Source of the DNA: Candidatus Multivoradales bacterium | Lineage (GTDB): Bacteria; Acidobacteriota; Thermoanaerobaculia; Multivoradales; Multivoraceae | Reading direction: 5' to 3' | Assembly (NCBI GenBank): GCA_965223325.1 | Contig: CBDCWI010000002.1 | Coordinates: 1,984,001-2,048,000, forward strand | Length of the DNA stretch: 64,000 nucleotides | Shown: in pieces, positions 19,858-28,828 of the stretch | Numbering within the stretch: position 1 is the first letter of the stretch | Layout of the letters: each line of letters starts with the position of its first letter | Translations under genes and position numbers: made by a program | Notes under the pieces: generated by a model | What the model was told of the DNA's origin: nothing | Seen by the model: the letters and a program-made list of their open reading frames with translations, nothing else | The model's database searches: none

Positions 19858-21525
19858 ATGTCCGATCGCGAATCCGAGTCGCTCGAGCAACACCTGCGGC
19901 AGCTTCAGGGCTTTCATTTCGGCGTCGAGGGTTCGGGCACTGCGGCGGCCGCCGAGGCGCTTGCTCTGGTTCCCGCCTGGCTGCCGGAGGTAGAACGTCG
20001 GCTCGCCGGTGGATCGAGCCTACGCTGCCTGATCCAGCGCGCCGAGGTTGCCTACTCGAGTGCATGGAAGGATTGGCAGCAGCGGGCCTCCCCCATCGCG
20101 ACGGCACTCGAGTCGTTGGTGGGATCAATCGGCGAGGGCGGTGCCTCCTCGCCTGCTGCACTCGGGGCCATGGGCTCGCGCTTCGTCAACCCGGATGCCC
20201 TCGCCACCAGACTGAGCTCCCAGCGCCGGGAGAGTGTCTCGGCCGAACGCCAGAGCCGACTCGAGAAGAGCCTCGCCGTGCTCCGGCGCGGACTCGAAGG
20301 CCGCATGACCCGTCGCCCGCTGATCCTGTGCGATCCCGACCTCTCAGCCTTGAGCGCCGACCTTCCGGAAGGCATCGACATCACGGTCGAAGAGCGGCCC
20401 TGCCGCTCCATCGTCGAGCCATTCGAGGAACGCGCCAATGAAGTGGCCGAGCTCATCGCGGCGCTACGGGTCGCCCGACTCGAGCTCGAGCAGTCTTACG
20501 ATCCCGCGGTGCACGATTCAGACCTCGTCCACTTCGACTGGCGCAGCCTGCACGACGCCGAGCGGCCCCTCCTGCCCAGCCTGCTCTGTGTCGTGTCGTA
20601 CCCGAACGCCATCGGCGACGAGCTGAGCGCACTGTTTCAGCTCTTGACATCGGCGCTGCCGATCCAGATCCTGGTTCCGGTCGCACCGCTGGCCAGTGCC
20701 TTGGACGGTGAAATCGACCTCGCCCACCTGGCTTTGAGCCACCGACGCAGCTTCGTCCACCAGGGATCCTTGGCCGCAGCCGACTTGCTCGAACGCGGAT
20801 TCGATCGCGCCCTTGCGACACCAGGCGCCGCCCTTCACCTGATTGCCGGTGACGAGCTTGGCGAGGATGGGCAGCCGGAGAGCCCCGGCGCCGCGGTCGA
20901 CGCTCGCTGCCATCCCCTCTTCGTGTTCGATCCCGGGCCGTCGCGGGCCAGCGCCGTGCTCGAGCTCGACGGCAACCAGCTTCCCGATCAAGACTGGGTC
21001 ACCAGCGACGAACTGTCCTTCACCATAGCTCACTTGGCATTGCTGTCGCCCCGCGGCCTCAGGGAGCTGGCGCCAGTCGCCGAAGACCTACTCCCCGAGC
21101 CCGCAACGGCCGGAAACGGGCCTGCGTCCGTTCCATCCAGAATGCAGGCGAAGCCATCCGCTCGGTCCTCCGAAACGCTTCTGCCCCTGGGGGAATGGCT
21201 CTCACTCACCCCCGAGCAGACCCGGCGCAAGCTCCCCTTCATCCATGCCGCCAACCAGGAGGGAGACATCGTCCACTTGGTCGCGAGCCGTCGACTCGCC
21301 CTGGCCTGCATCGAGCGCCTCGACCACTGGCGGACACTCCGGCGCCTCGCGGATCGCACCCCAGCCACCGCACCTCGGGCGCTGCCGAGCGAACAGCTAC
21401 CGATGCTGCCAGACGCCCAGTCGGACGAGCCGGCGCTCCACCCTGATGTCGAACGGTTGCGGATGGCCGAGCAGGTGGTTGGCCGTCTGATGTCGCGGCT
21501 TCTCAACGACGGGCCTTCAGCATGA
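19858..21525 (+). CDS. Degenerate paralogue of the PFOR C-terminal (beta) region lacking the TPP motif
   Basis: Collinear blocks match the PFOR in this window: ALRVARLELEQSYDPAVHD vs AIRLAELEIAGRYKPAEHD, and LELDGNQLPDQDW vs FDLEGNPAIDQDW. GAGG RBS before ATG 19858. Confidence 0.8.
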   Translation: MSDRESESLEQHLRQLQGFHFGVEGSGTAAAAEALALVPAWLPEVERRLAGGSSLRCLIQRAEVAYSSAWKDWQQRASPIATALESLVGSIGEGGASSPAALGAMGSRFVNPDALATRLSSQRRESVSAERQSRLEKSLAVLRRGLEGRMTRRPLILCDPDLSALSADLPEGIDITVEERPCRSIVEPFEERANEVAELIAALRVARLELEQSYDPAVHDSDLVHFDWRSLHDAERPLLPSLLCVVSYPNAIGDELSALFQLLTSALPIQILVPVAPLASALDGEIDLAHLALSHRRSFVHQGSLAAADLLERGFDRALATPGAALHLIAGDELGEDGQPESPGAAVDARCHPLFVFDPGPSRASAVLELDGNQLPDQDWVTSDELSFTIAHLALLSPRGLRELAPVAEDLLPEPATAGNGPASVPSRMQAKPSARSSETLLPLGEWLSLTPEQTRRKLPFIHAANQEGDIVHLVASRRLALACIERLDHWRTLRRLADRTPATAPRALPSEQLPMLPDAQSDEPALHPDVERLRMAEQVVGRLMSRLLNDGPSA

Positions 21526-21814
21526 GCAAGTCGTGTCCAGACCTGGGCCCGTTGTGTTCGACTCGCGTCCCAGCTTGAGTTCGTCGAACCAGACCTCGAG
21601 CGGCTCGTCGAAGTCGCTTCCACTTTCTCAACGGGAGGTGTCGTTCCTGGCTTCCGTGGCAAGTCGAGTTGAGAATCATTGTGTACAGCCTGGCAACGGT
21701 CGCCACCGCAATTGCCGAGACCGTTTCGCGCTGCCCGAACTACGCTAACGACCCGGTACACGGCGCTACGTGGGGGCTGAGCCTGTCTGAGGCTCGGCCG
21801 CTCGAAGCGTCGAC

Positions 21815-22333
21815 TCAGTCCTGCATCTGTCGCGTCCACGTCGCCTGGTCGAAGTAGTCGCGCCAGGCGGCGATCTTGCCATCTCTGAGATCGAACGCTC
21901 CCATCACCGGCAGGGCAACGTCCTTGTCGCCGAAGACGAAGCGGTCCATGCGCTCGTTGAGGACTGTGGACCCGACCTGGGAACTGTTGAGGATCTCCCA
22001 GTCGACCTTCGCCGCAGCGTTGACGTAGGACTCGATCAGGTTACGAACAGCCTCGGTGCCCTGCACCGGACCGGTGGGCATGTTGTGGTAGATGGCGTCT
22101 TCGGTGAAGAAGCTCATGATGCGGTCGATGTCTTTGGTGTTGAAGGCGGCGATGAAGTCTTCGACGATCTCGATTCCGTTGCTCACGCTGTCCTCGGCTT
22201 TCTTGGCTGGTTCCGGCTCCGTCGCGGACTCGCGTGCAACCAGGGGGCTGCAGAGCAACACGACGGCCAGGAGTGCGCCCGCGCCCCTACGGATCAGGTC
22301 TGGTGCGGTCGCAGTGCGGGGTGAATGGTTCAT
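21815..22333 (-). CDS. Limonene-1,2-epoxide hydrolase/SnoaL-like protein with signal peptide
   Basis: DAIYHNMP, VLNERMDRF and LPVMGAFDLRDGKIAAWRDYFD, plus an N-terminal hydrophobic segment. ATG 22333 overlaps the tetR stop. Confidence 0.85.
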   Translation of the reverse strand: MNHSPRTATAPDLIRRGAGALLAVVLLCSPLVARESATEPEPAKKAEDSVSNGIEIVEDFIAAFNTKDIDRIMSFFTEDAIYHNMPTGPVQGTEAVRNLIESYVNAAAKVDWEILNSSQVGSTVLNERMDRFVFGDKDVALPVMGAFDLRDGKIAAWRDYFDQATWTRQMQD

Positions 22334-22971
22334 GGATCGGCTGCACTTTCTTCTTTGTCTGCTGGCAGTAGCCCGTTGAGCAGGAGCTCGAAGGCACCTT
22401 TCAGTTCGTGATCCGTGGGATGAGCGATGGCACCGAGATTGCGTCGCGAGTCGCGCAGGACCACGAGGCCCAGAAACGACGCCCACATCAGGTCGGCGAC
22501 ACCGCGGCTGTTCGGGATTCCCAGAGTCTCCTCGAGCAGACTCGCCAGGCCCCTGAAATCGTCGCCCGAGCGCTTTTTCAGCTCCTCCAACACGGCCTGC
22601 TCGACCGAGTCCGTCGAGCGCGGATGACCGAGGTAGGTGAACACGTGAAAGTACTCCGGGTGCTCCTTGGTGACCGTGACCCAGAACTCCCACAGGCTGG
22701 CGAGCTTCTGCACTGGCTCGTCTCGTGACTCGCGGATCCGCTCAATCCCTTCGGACATGAAATCGATGCTCTCGAACAGGAGCGACGTGAAGATCTCGTC
22801 TTTACTCTTGAAGTAGAAGAAGAGCGTCGCCTCGGAGAGCTCGCAACGCTCGGCGATCTCACGGGTCGTGGTGCCGTTGAAACCCTTCTCGCGTACGAGG
22901 GCCCGAGCCGCTTCGAGCACCGCGCCCCGTCGTGCCTTTCGCTCCCTCTGTCGTCGCTCCTGGACACCCAT
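22330..22971 (-). CDS. TetR/AcrR family transcriptional regulator
   Basis: HTH sequence GFNGTTTREIAERCELSEATLFFYFKSKDEI. Confidence 0.93.
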   Translation of the reverse strand: MGVQERRQRERKARRGAVLEAARALVREKGFNGTTTREIAERCELSEATLFFYFKSKDEIFTSLLFESIDFMSEGIERIRESRDEPVQKLASLWEFWVTVTKEHPEYFHVFTYLGHPRSTDSVEQAVLEELKKRSGDDFRGLASLLEETLGIPNSRGVADLMWASFLGLVVLRDSRRNLGAIAHPTDHELKGAFELLLNGLLPADKEESAADP

Positions 22972-22980
22972 CGCTCGTGA

Positions 22981-24123
22981 CTAGCCTTCCATGTTGCGCG
23001 CGATCGTTTCGCGCTGGATTTCGCTCGTACCTTCTCCCAGCTCGAGCACCTTGCAATCCCGATAGAAGCGCTGCGCCGCACTCTCTCGCATGTACCCCTG
23101 CGCTCCACACAGGTGGAGTGCACGCTCACACACCCAGGTGCACGCCTCGGTGGCGAAGAGCTTGGCCATCGACGCCTCCTTGTCGTGGACTTCTTCCGCG
23201 TCGACCAGCCCGGCCGCATGCACCGTAAGGTGCCAAGCCGCTTCGAGACGGGTCGCCATCTCGGCCAGCGCGAAGCGGACGAACTGGTGGCCCTTCAAGG
23301 GCACGCCGAACTGTACTCGGTCGCGGGTGTAGGCGCTGGCCTCCTCGAAGGCGGCCGTTCCGAGACCCACGCCGAAGGCAGCGCTGGCGATACGTCCGAG
23401 CGTCAGCACCTTCATCGCCTCGAGGAATCCATAGTCCTCGGGCCCGAGCCGCCGGTCCAGCGGGACTCGGCAACCGTCGAGGACGATCTCGGCCATCTCG
23501 GAGGCGCCCATGCCGAGCTTGTGCATGGGTGGACCGACCGATACACCCGTGTCGGTGCTTTGGACCAGAAAGAGGGACATGCCCTTCAACCCCTTCTCAG
23601 GTGTGGTCGAGGCGACGACGACCATGAAGTCGGCAAACGGTGAATTGGTGATGTACATCTTGCTGCCACTCAGAACGTAGTCGTCGCCCTCGCGGCGCGC
23701 GCGGGTCTTGACGGTCGACACGTCGGCGCCGGCTCCCGACTCGGCGTAGGCCCAGCAACCGATGCTGTGGCCGGCCAGGGCAGCGGGAAGGAAGGCCCGC
23801 TTCTGCTCTTCGCTGCCGAGATGCAGGATTCCGGCGCAGGCCAGAGCAGTGTGCACGTAGCCCCCGAGTGCAACCGCCGCCGAGCCGCGCGCCATTTCGC
23901 GGCAAAAGAGCGCGTAGTCGAGGGCGCCGCCGCCACTGCCACCGAGCTCTTCGGGAAAGCCGATGCCAAGCCAGCCCTGCTCCCCAAAGCGGCGAAAGAG
24001 CTCTTGGGGGTAGCGCTCGTCCTGATCCCAGGTCACAGCATGGGGCAGTACTTCGCGCTCGACGAAGGAGCGCACACTGTCGCGCAGCAGCTTCTGTTCG
24101 CCACTCAATAGCTGGTCGCCCAC
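22981..24123 (-). CDS. Acyl-CoA dehydrogenase
   Basis: GSKMYITN, RVQFG and EGTSEIQR motifs. GTG at 24123 after an AAGGAG RBS. Confidence 0.92.
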   Translation of the reverse strand: MGDQLLSGEQKLLRDSVRSFVEREVLPHAVTWDQDERYPQELFRRFGEQGWLGIGFPEELGGSGGGALDYALFCREMARGSAAVALGGYVHTALACAGILHLGSEEQKRAFLPAALAGHSIGCWAYAESGAGADVSTVKTRARREGDDYVLSGSKMYITNSPFADFMVVVASTTPEKGLKGMSLFLVQSTDTGVSVGPPMHKLGMGASEMAEIVLDGCRVPLDRRLGPEDYGFLEAMKVLTLGRIASAAFGVGLGTAAFEEASAYTRDRVQFGVPLKGHQFVRFALAEMATRLEAAWHLTVHAAGLVDAEEVHDKEASMAKLFATEACTWVCERALHLCGAQGYMRESAAQRFYRDCKVLELGEGTSEIQRETIARNMEG

Positions 24124-24198
24124 CTGGGCTCCTTCCTTTTGTCGATGAGCACGCGAGAGGCTCGCGCCGTCCATCTGCGTTCGCCATTCGCCACGTAG

Positions 24199-24984
24199 CT
24201 ACCTGCCGACATACCGGGGCGCCCGCTTTTCGCGAAAGGCGGCGACGCCTTCCCGGTGGTCCTCGCTCTGGAGACACTGCACCTGAGCAAACACCTCGTA
24301 GTCGAACTCGCCCTCCATGGGCAAATCGAGGGAGCGCCGGATCGCGCGCTTGGTAAACGCCAATGCGCGCGGTGGACCGACGGCCAGCTCTCTCGCCAGC
24401 TCGTCCGTTGCGGCGTCGATCTCATGGTCGGCAACACAGCGGGTGACGAGCCCGATCTGCTCGGCCTCGGGTGCGGGCACGAAGCGACCCGACATCATGA
24501 TCTCGGTGGCGCGGCCGAGGCCGACGAGTCGCGGCAGAAAGTAGCCGCAAGACATGTCACAACCGGCCAGGCCGATCTTGACGAACGGGGCTCGAAGACG
24601 GGCGCTCTCTGCTGCGATCCTGAAGTCGCAGGCCAGCGCCAGGCCGAGGCCACCACCAACGGCGTCACCGTGAAGGCGGGCGATCACCGGCTTGTCGAGG
24701 CTCGAGATCCGGCGGACGGGATCGAGATAGCGATCGACGATGCGCTCCCACTCTGCCGGTTCGCGGGGCGTCATCTCGCCTTGATCGGCCCCGGCGCTGA
24801 ACAGGCGGCCGGAGCCGGCTAGCACGACCGCGCGAACACTGTCGTCCTCGGCGACCTGATCGAAGGCTGCCATCAGCGCCTCGACGGTTGCGATCGAGAT
24901 GGTGTTCAGGCGATCGGGCCGGTTGAGGGTGACTCGCGCGACACCGTCGCTTGCACTCACCAGGATCGCTGACTCGTCGGTCAT
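24199..24984 (-). CDS. Enoyl-CoA hydratase/isomerase (crotonase) family protein
   Basis: TLNRPDRLN, FSAGAD, KPVIARLHGDAVGGG and EGVAAFREKR motifs. Confidence 0.92.
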   Translation of the reverse strand: MTDESAILVSASDGVARVTLNRPDRLNTISIATVEALMAAFDQVAEDDSVRAVVLAGSGRLFSAGADQGEMTPREPAEWERIVDRYLDPVRRISSLDKPVIARLHGDAVGGGLGLALACDFRIAAESARLRAPFVKIGLAGCDMSCGYFLPRLVGLGRATEIMMSGRFVPAPEAEQIGLVTRCVADHEIDAATDELARELAVGPPRALAFTKRAIRRSLDLPMEGEFDYEVFAQVQCLQSEDHREGVAAFREKRAPRYVGR

Positions 24985-25008
24985 TTCTCGACTCCTCGAA
25001 TCTTCCGT

Positions 25009-26154
25009 TCAAGACTTCTCGTTCAGACCCTTGGTGGCAGCCACGATCTCTCTGAGCACTTCGCTCGAGCCCGCTCCGATGGTGAAGGCCAGGCAGTCGC
25101 GATGCAGGCGTGCCATCAAACACTCCTCCATGTACCCGATCCCACCGAAGATCTGAGCGCACTCGCGAGCCGCATCGAGGGCAGACTCGGTGGCGAAGAG
25201 CTTGGCCATCGATACCTCGCCATTGCAGGGCTCGCCCCGCACGTAGAGATCGAGCGCTCGGTAGGTCAGCGCCTCGGATGCTTCGATCGTGGTGGCAACG
25301 TCTGCGAGTCGGTGCCGCCAGACCTGGAAGCCGAGCAGACTATGGCCGAAGGCCGAGCGCTCGTGGCCGTAACGCCGCGCCTCTTCCCACATGACACGCA
25401 TCTGAGCCGTCGCCATCAGCGCCAGGATCAGCCGCTCGGCTTCGAAGCCCTTCATGATCGACACAAAGCCCGTGTTCTCCTCGCCGACCAGATAGCGGGC
25501 CGGGACTCGGCAGTCGTGGAACGCCACCTCGGCGGTGTCGGAGGCGTGGGTACCGAGCTTCGTGAGTCGGCTCGAGGAGAACCCCTCGGTCGTCGTCGGG
25601 ATGACGATCAGAGAGATCCCCTTGTGACCCTCGTCGCCTGTGCGCACGGCCGTGGTCACGAAGTCAGCGATCGTGCCGTTGGTGGTGTAGACCTTGCTGC
25701 CGTTGATGACGTAGTCGTCGCCATCACGCACCGCTCTGGTTCTGAGTGCCGCGACGTCGCTGCCGGCATGTGGCTCGGTAACCCCCAGGGCACCGATCAT
25801 CTCCCCGGCCGCAGCCGGGCGAACGAACTCTTCGATCAGCAGAGGCGAGCCGACATGGTCGATCACCTTGGTGGCGAACTCGGCATGCGCCAACAGACTG
25901 ACTGGCACGCCGATCGAACCACAGCGGACGAGCTCTTCGACGAGGATCGCGGTGTACCAGAAGTCGAGACCCTGCCCGCCGCCCTCCTCGGAGAGTCGAA
26001 TCCCGAGGTAGCCGAGCTCGCCGAACTCGCGGAAAAGCTCGCGCGGCACACAGCCGGCCTGCTCCCACTGGTCGACGTTCGGGACGATGCGCTGGTCAAC
26101 GAACTGACGCACGGCCTGGCGCACGGCCTCGTGCTCTTTCCCGAAACCAGTCAT
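25009..26154 (-). CDS. Acyl-CoA dehydrogenase (long-chain-like)
   Basis: TEPHAGSDVA, NGSKVYTTNG, FEAERL, QIFGGIGYMEE and IGAGSSE motifs. Confidence 0.92.
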   Translation of the reverse strand: MTGFGKEHEAVRQAVRQFVDQRIVPNVDQWEQAGCVPRELFREFGELGYLGIRLSEEGGGQGLDFWYTAILVEELVRCGSIGVPVSLLAHAEFATKVIDHVGSPLLIEEFVRPAAAGEMIGALGVTEPHAGSDVAALRTRAVRDGDDYVINGSKVYTTNGTIADFVTTAVRTGDEGHKGISLIVIPTTTEGFSSSRLTKLGTHASDTAEVAFHDCRVPARYLVGEENTGFVSIMKGFEAERLILALMATAQMRVMWEEARRYGHERSAFGHSLLGFQVWRHRLADVATTIEASEALTYRALDLYVRGEPCNGEVSMAKLFATESALDAARECAQIFGGIGYMEECLMARLHRDCLAFTIGAGSSEVLREIVAATKGLNEKS

Positions 26155-26223
26155 CTCTGACCTCCGCTCTTCTAGGACAGCTCTCGCTCTCGATTCGACC
26201 TTGATGAGTGCTGGAAGCGTATT

Positions 26224-26256
26224 CTGAGTGTCACTCAGTTGTCAAGTTTCACTTGA
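26224..26256. promoter_or_regulatory. Palindromic operators in the divergent promoter of the catabolic cluster (candidate TetR sites)
   Basis: CTGAGTG-T-CACTCAG (26224-26238) and TCAAGT-TTC-ACTTGA (26242-26256). Confidence 0.6.
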
Positions 26257-26361
26257 AATTCGAAGGTCGCTCTGCTACGTTGCTCACACCCCACAACAGA
26301 GACCGCAAGAGCGACAAGGAGGGGCCCCCTGGCCATCAGCACTCCGGCAGCGAAGGCGCCC

Positions 26362-27486
26362 GTGATCGCCGGCGTAGGGCACACCGCGTTCGGGCGATTC
26401 GAAGACCAGAGCCCCTGGGATCTCGAGGCCGAAGCGGCACGGCTGGCCGTTGAGGACGCGGGGCTCGAGCCCCCCGACATCGACGGGCTGTTGACCGATC
26501 CGGGTCCTGCCCAGGGGATCCTCGACGGCATCACTCCGCACTTTCTCCGCATGGGGGCTCTTCTGGGAATCGATCCGACGTTCGCCGGCTCGGAGCTCCT
26601 CGGTGGTGCCGGGAGCGTCGCGATCGTGCAGCGTGCCGCCATGGCGATTGAAGCGGGCCTGTGCAACACGTGCCTGTGCATCTACGGCGACAGCGCCCTA
26701 TCGCGTCCAGGCTCCTACGGGTACGGCCGGGGCGACGAGTCCGCGTTCGGCTTCTTCGGCGCCGTCGGCCTCCATGCCCTGGCCGCAGAGCGTCACCGAC
26801 ATCTCTATGGCACGCGCGAGGATCACCTCGGCGAGGTCGCCGTCGCCGCACGAGCCTCTGCGGCTCGCACCGCCCATGCCCAGCGGAAGAAGAGTCTGGC
26901 GATGAACGACTACCTGGCGAGTCCGTTCGTCGTCGAGCCGCTGCGACGAGACGACTGTTGCCTGATCTCGGACGGCGCCGCTGCAGTGGTGGTCACGAGC
27001 ACCGAGCGCGCAGCCGATCTGGCGCACGCGGGGGTCCGGGTTCTCTCTTACCGCCAGGCGCACAGCCTCTCGACCTACGCCTCGGCCGATCACTTCGACC
27101 ACTCCCCCGCTGCTCGTTGTGGGCCCGCCGCTTTCGAGGCCGCCGGAATCGGGCCGCAAGACGTTGATGTCCTGCTGCTCTACGACTGCTTCACCATCGT
27201 CGTCCTGCTGCAGCTCGAGGACTACGGTTTCTGCCCCCGTGGCGAAGCGGGCCCGTTCGTCGAGGGCGGGCGCATCGCTCCGGGCGGTGAGCTGGCGGTC
27301 AACCCAACCGGTGGGCTGCTGGCCGAGGGCTACGGTGGCGGCATGCTGCACGTGATCGAGGCTGTGCGCCAGCTCCGCGGCGAGGCGGATGAGCGCCAGG
27401 TCGAGGACGCCGAGGTCGCTCTGGTGAGCGGCCATGGTCTCGGCATGAACACTCACACAACGCTCTTGCTCGGAAGTGCAGCGTGA
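26362..27486 (+). CDS. Thiolase-fold protein of SCP-x/Ltp2 (aldolase) type
   Basis: IAGVG, DCCLISDGAAA, LYDCFT, NPTGGLLAEGY and EAVRQLRG motifs. No N-terminal catalytic Cys (GGAGS). The true start may be the in-frame CTG at 26329. Confidence 0.88.
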   Translation: MIAGVGHTAFGRFEDQSPWDLEAEAARLAVEDAGLEPPDIDGLLTDPGPAQGILDGITPHFLRMGALLGIDPTFAGSELLGGAGSVAIVQRAAMAIEAGLCNTCLCIYGDSALSRPGSYGYGRGDESAFGFFGAVGLHALAAERHRHLYGTREDHLGEVAVAARASAARTAHAQRKKSLAMNDYLASPFVVEPLRRDDCCLISDGAAAVVVTSTERAADLAHAGVRVLSYRQAHSLSTYASADHFDHSPAARCGPAAFEAAGIGPQDVDVLLLYDCFTIVVLLQLEDYGFCPRGEAGPFVEGGRIAPGGELAVNPTGGLLAEGYGGGMLHVIEAVRQLRGEADERQVEDAEVALVSGHGLGMNTHTTLLLGSAA

Positions 27487-27920
27487 GCGAGCAACACGAA
27501 CGCCCGCTTCCCACGCCCTCCGCCGCCACCCAGGCCTTCTGGGAGGCGTGCAGCAAAGGTGTGCTCGAGGTCGCCGCTTGCCGTCGCTGCCAACACTCCT
27601 TTCTTCCCGCCGCACCGTGCTGCCCTCGGTGCTGGTCCTCTCGACTCGAGCAGCGCCCGGTCTCGGGCAGAGGAGAAGTCGAGACGTTCGCCATCTACCG
27701 GCGCACCTACCACCCAGCACTTCCGGCGCCCTACGTCGTGGCGCTGATCGAGCTCGAGGAGGGGCCGCGTCTGTTGTCGAACGTCATCGGCTGCGCGCCG
27801 GAGGAGGTCGAGATCGGCATGGCAGTCGAGGTTCGCTTCGAGGAAATCGCGCACTCCGAGGATGGGAAAAAGGTCGCCGTACCCCTCTTCGTGCCCCGAG
27901 ACACTCCAGGACGTCGTTGA
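27483..27920 (+). CDS. DUF35 Zn-ribbon/OB-fold partner protein
   Basis: FWEA, CRRC, CPRC, SGRGEVETF and PYVVALIELEEGPRL motifs. Start overlaps the thiolase stop. Confidence 0.9.
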   Translation: MSEQHERPLPTPSAATQAFWEACSKGVLEVAACRRCQHSFLPAAPCCPRCWSSRLEQRPVSGRGEVETFAIYRRTYHPALPAPYVVALIELEEGPRLLSNVIGCAPEEVEIGMAVEVRFEEIAHSEDGKKVAVPLFVPRDTPGRR

Positions 27921-27937
27921 GCGAAAAGAGGCCAGAC

Positions 27938-28828
27938 ATGTCACAGCGTGATCAAGGACAAAGGAGACACCGTCGCGTCGGCGACTTCGTCCGTTCCGGA
28001 GACTGGAGCGACTACTGGACGACTCGAATCAGCAAGGCCGAGGCCGGTCGAATCTGGGTGCGCGGCTATCCGGTGGAAGAGCTGATCGAGGAGCTGTCCT
28101 ACACCGAGTCGGCGCTTCTCCTCCTTCAGGGTGAGGTGCCAAGCGAACGAGAGGCTGCCCTTTTCGACCTTGCGCTGCGCAGCGGAATGGACCAGCAGTT
28201 CATCAGCGCCGCCGCCGGTGCCGCCCGTTTCACCGCCTCGGCGTTCCCCGATTCGGCGGTGCCGGGTCTGGCCTCTGGCATGTTGGCCACCGGTTCGGTA
28301 ACCGGCTCTCCTCGAGAGCCCGCCGAGATGCTGATCGAAGCGCTCACTCTCCAGTCTGAAAGAGAGCTGGAACAAAAAGACGCCGTCCGTCAGACGATCG
28401 CCATCTGGCTCGACCGGCGCGGCGCCGTTCCGGGCTTCGGCCACCCGGTGCACAAGGAGGCCGAGCCACGCGCCGCCACCGTGCGACGCCTGGCGCTCGA
28501 GCTCGAGGGGTGGCGCGAGCACGGCCTCATGCTCGATGCCATCGAGAAGGAGCTGGCACGAGAGAAGGGACGACCCATTCCAATCAACCTGGCAGGCGCA
28601 ATCGGAGCCGTGTTGGCCGACCTGGGTCTCGATCCCCTAGCGATCGGGGGCCTCGGCGCTCTCAGCTACGGCATGTCGATTCTCGCGCACGTCGTCGAGG
28701 AGATCCGTGAAGGGGTCCCTCTGCGCATCATCCCGGCCGAGCTCGGCGCCAGCTACGTGGGCGTCGGCGAACGACACCTCGACGAACGCCAGCGCCACCG
28801 GCGCTCGAAAGGAGAGGACCAGGGATGA
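27938..28828 (+). CDS. Citryl-CoA lyase-like protein (citrate synthase fold)
   Basis: WTTRIS...WVRGY, VPGFGHPVHK, PRA, and PINLAGAIGA motifs. ATG at 27938. Confidence 0.8.
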   Translation: MSQRDQGQRRHRRVGDFVRSGDWSDYWTTRISKAEAGRIWVRGYPVEELIEELSYTESALLLLQGEVPSEREAALFDLALRSGMDQQFISAAAGAARFTASAFPDSAVPGLASGMLATGSVTGSPREPAEMLIEALTLQSERELEQKDAVRQTIAIWLDRRGAVPGFGHPVHKEAEPRAATVRRLALELEGWREHGLMLDAIEKELAREKGRPIPINLAGAIGAVLADLGLDPLAIGGLGALSYGMSILAHVVEEIREGVPLRIIPAELGASYVGVGERHLDERQRHRRSKGEDQG

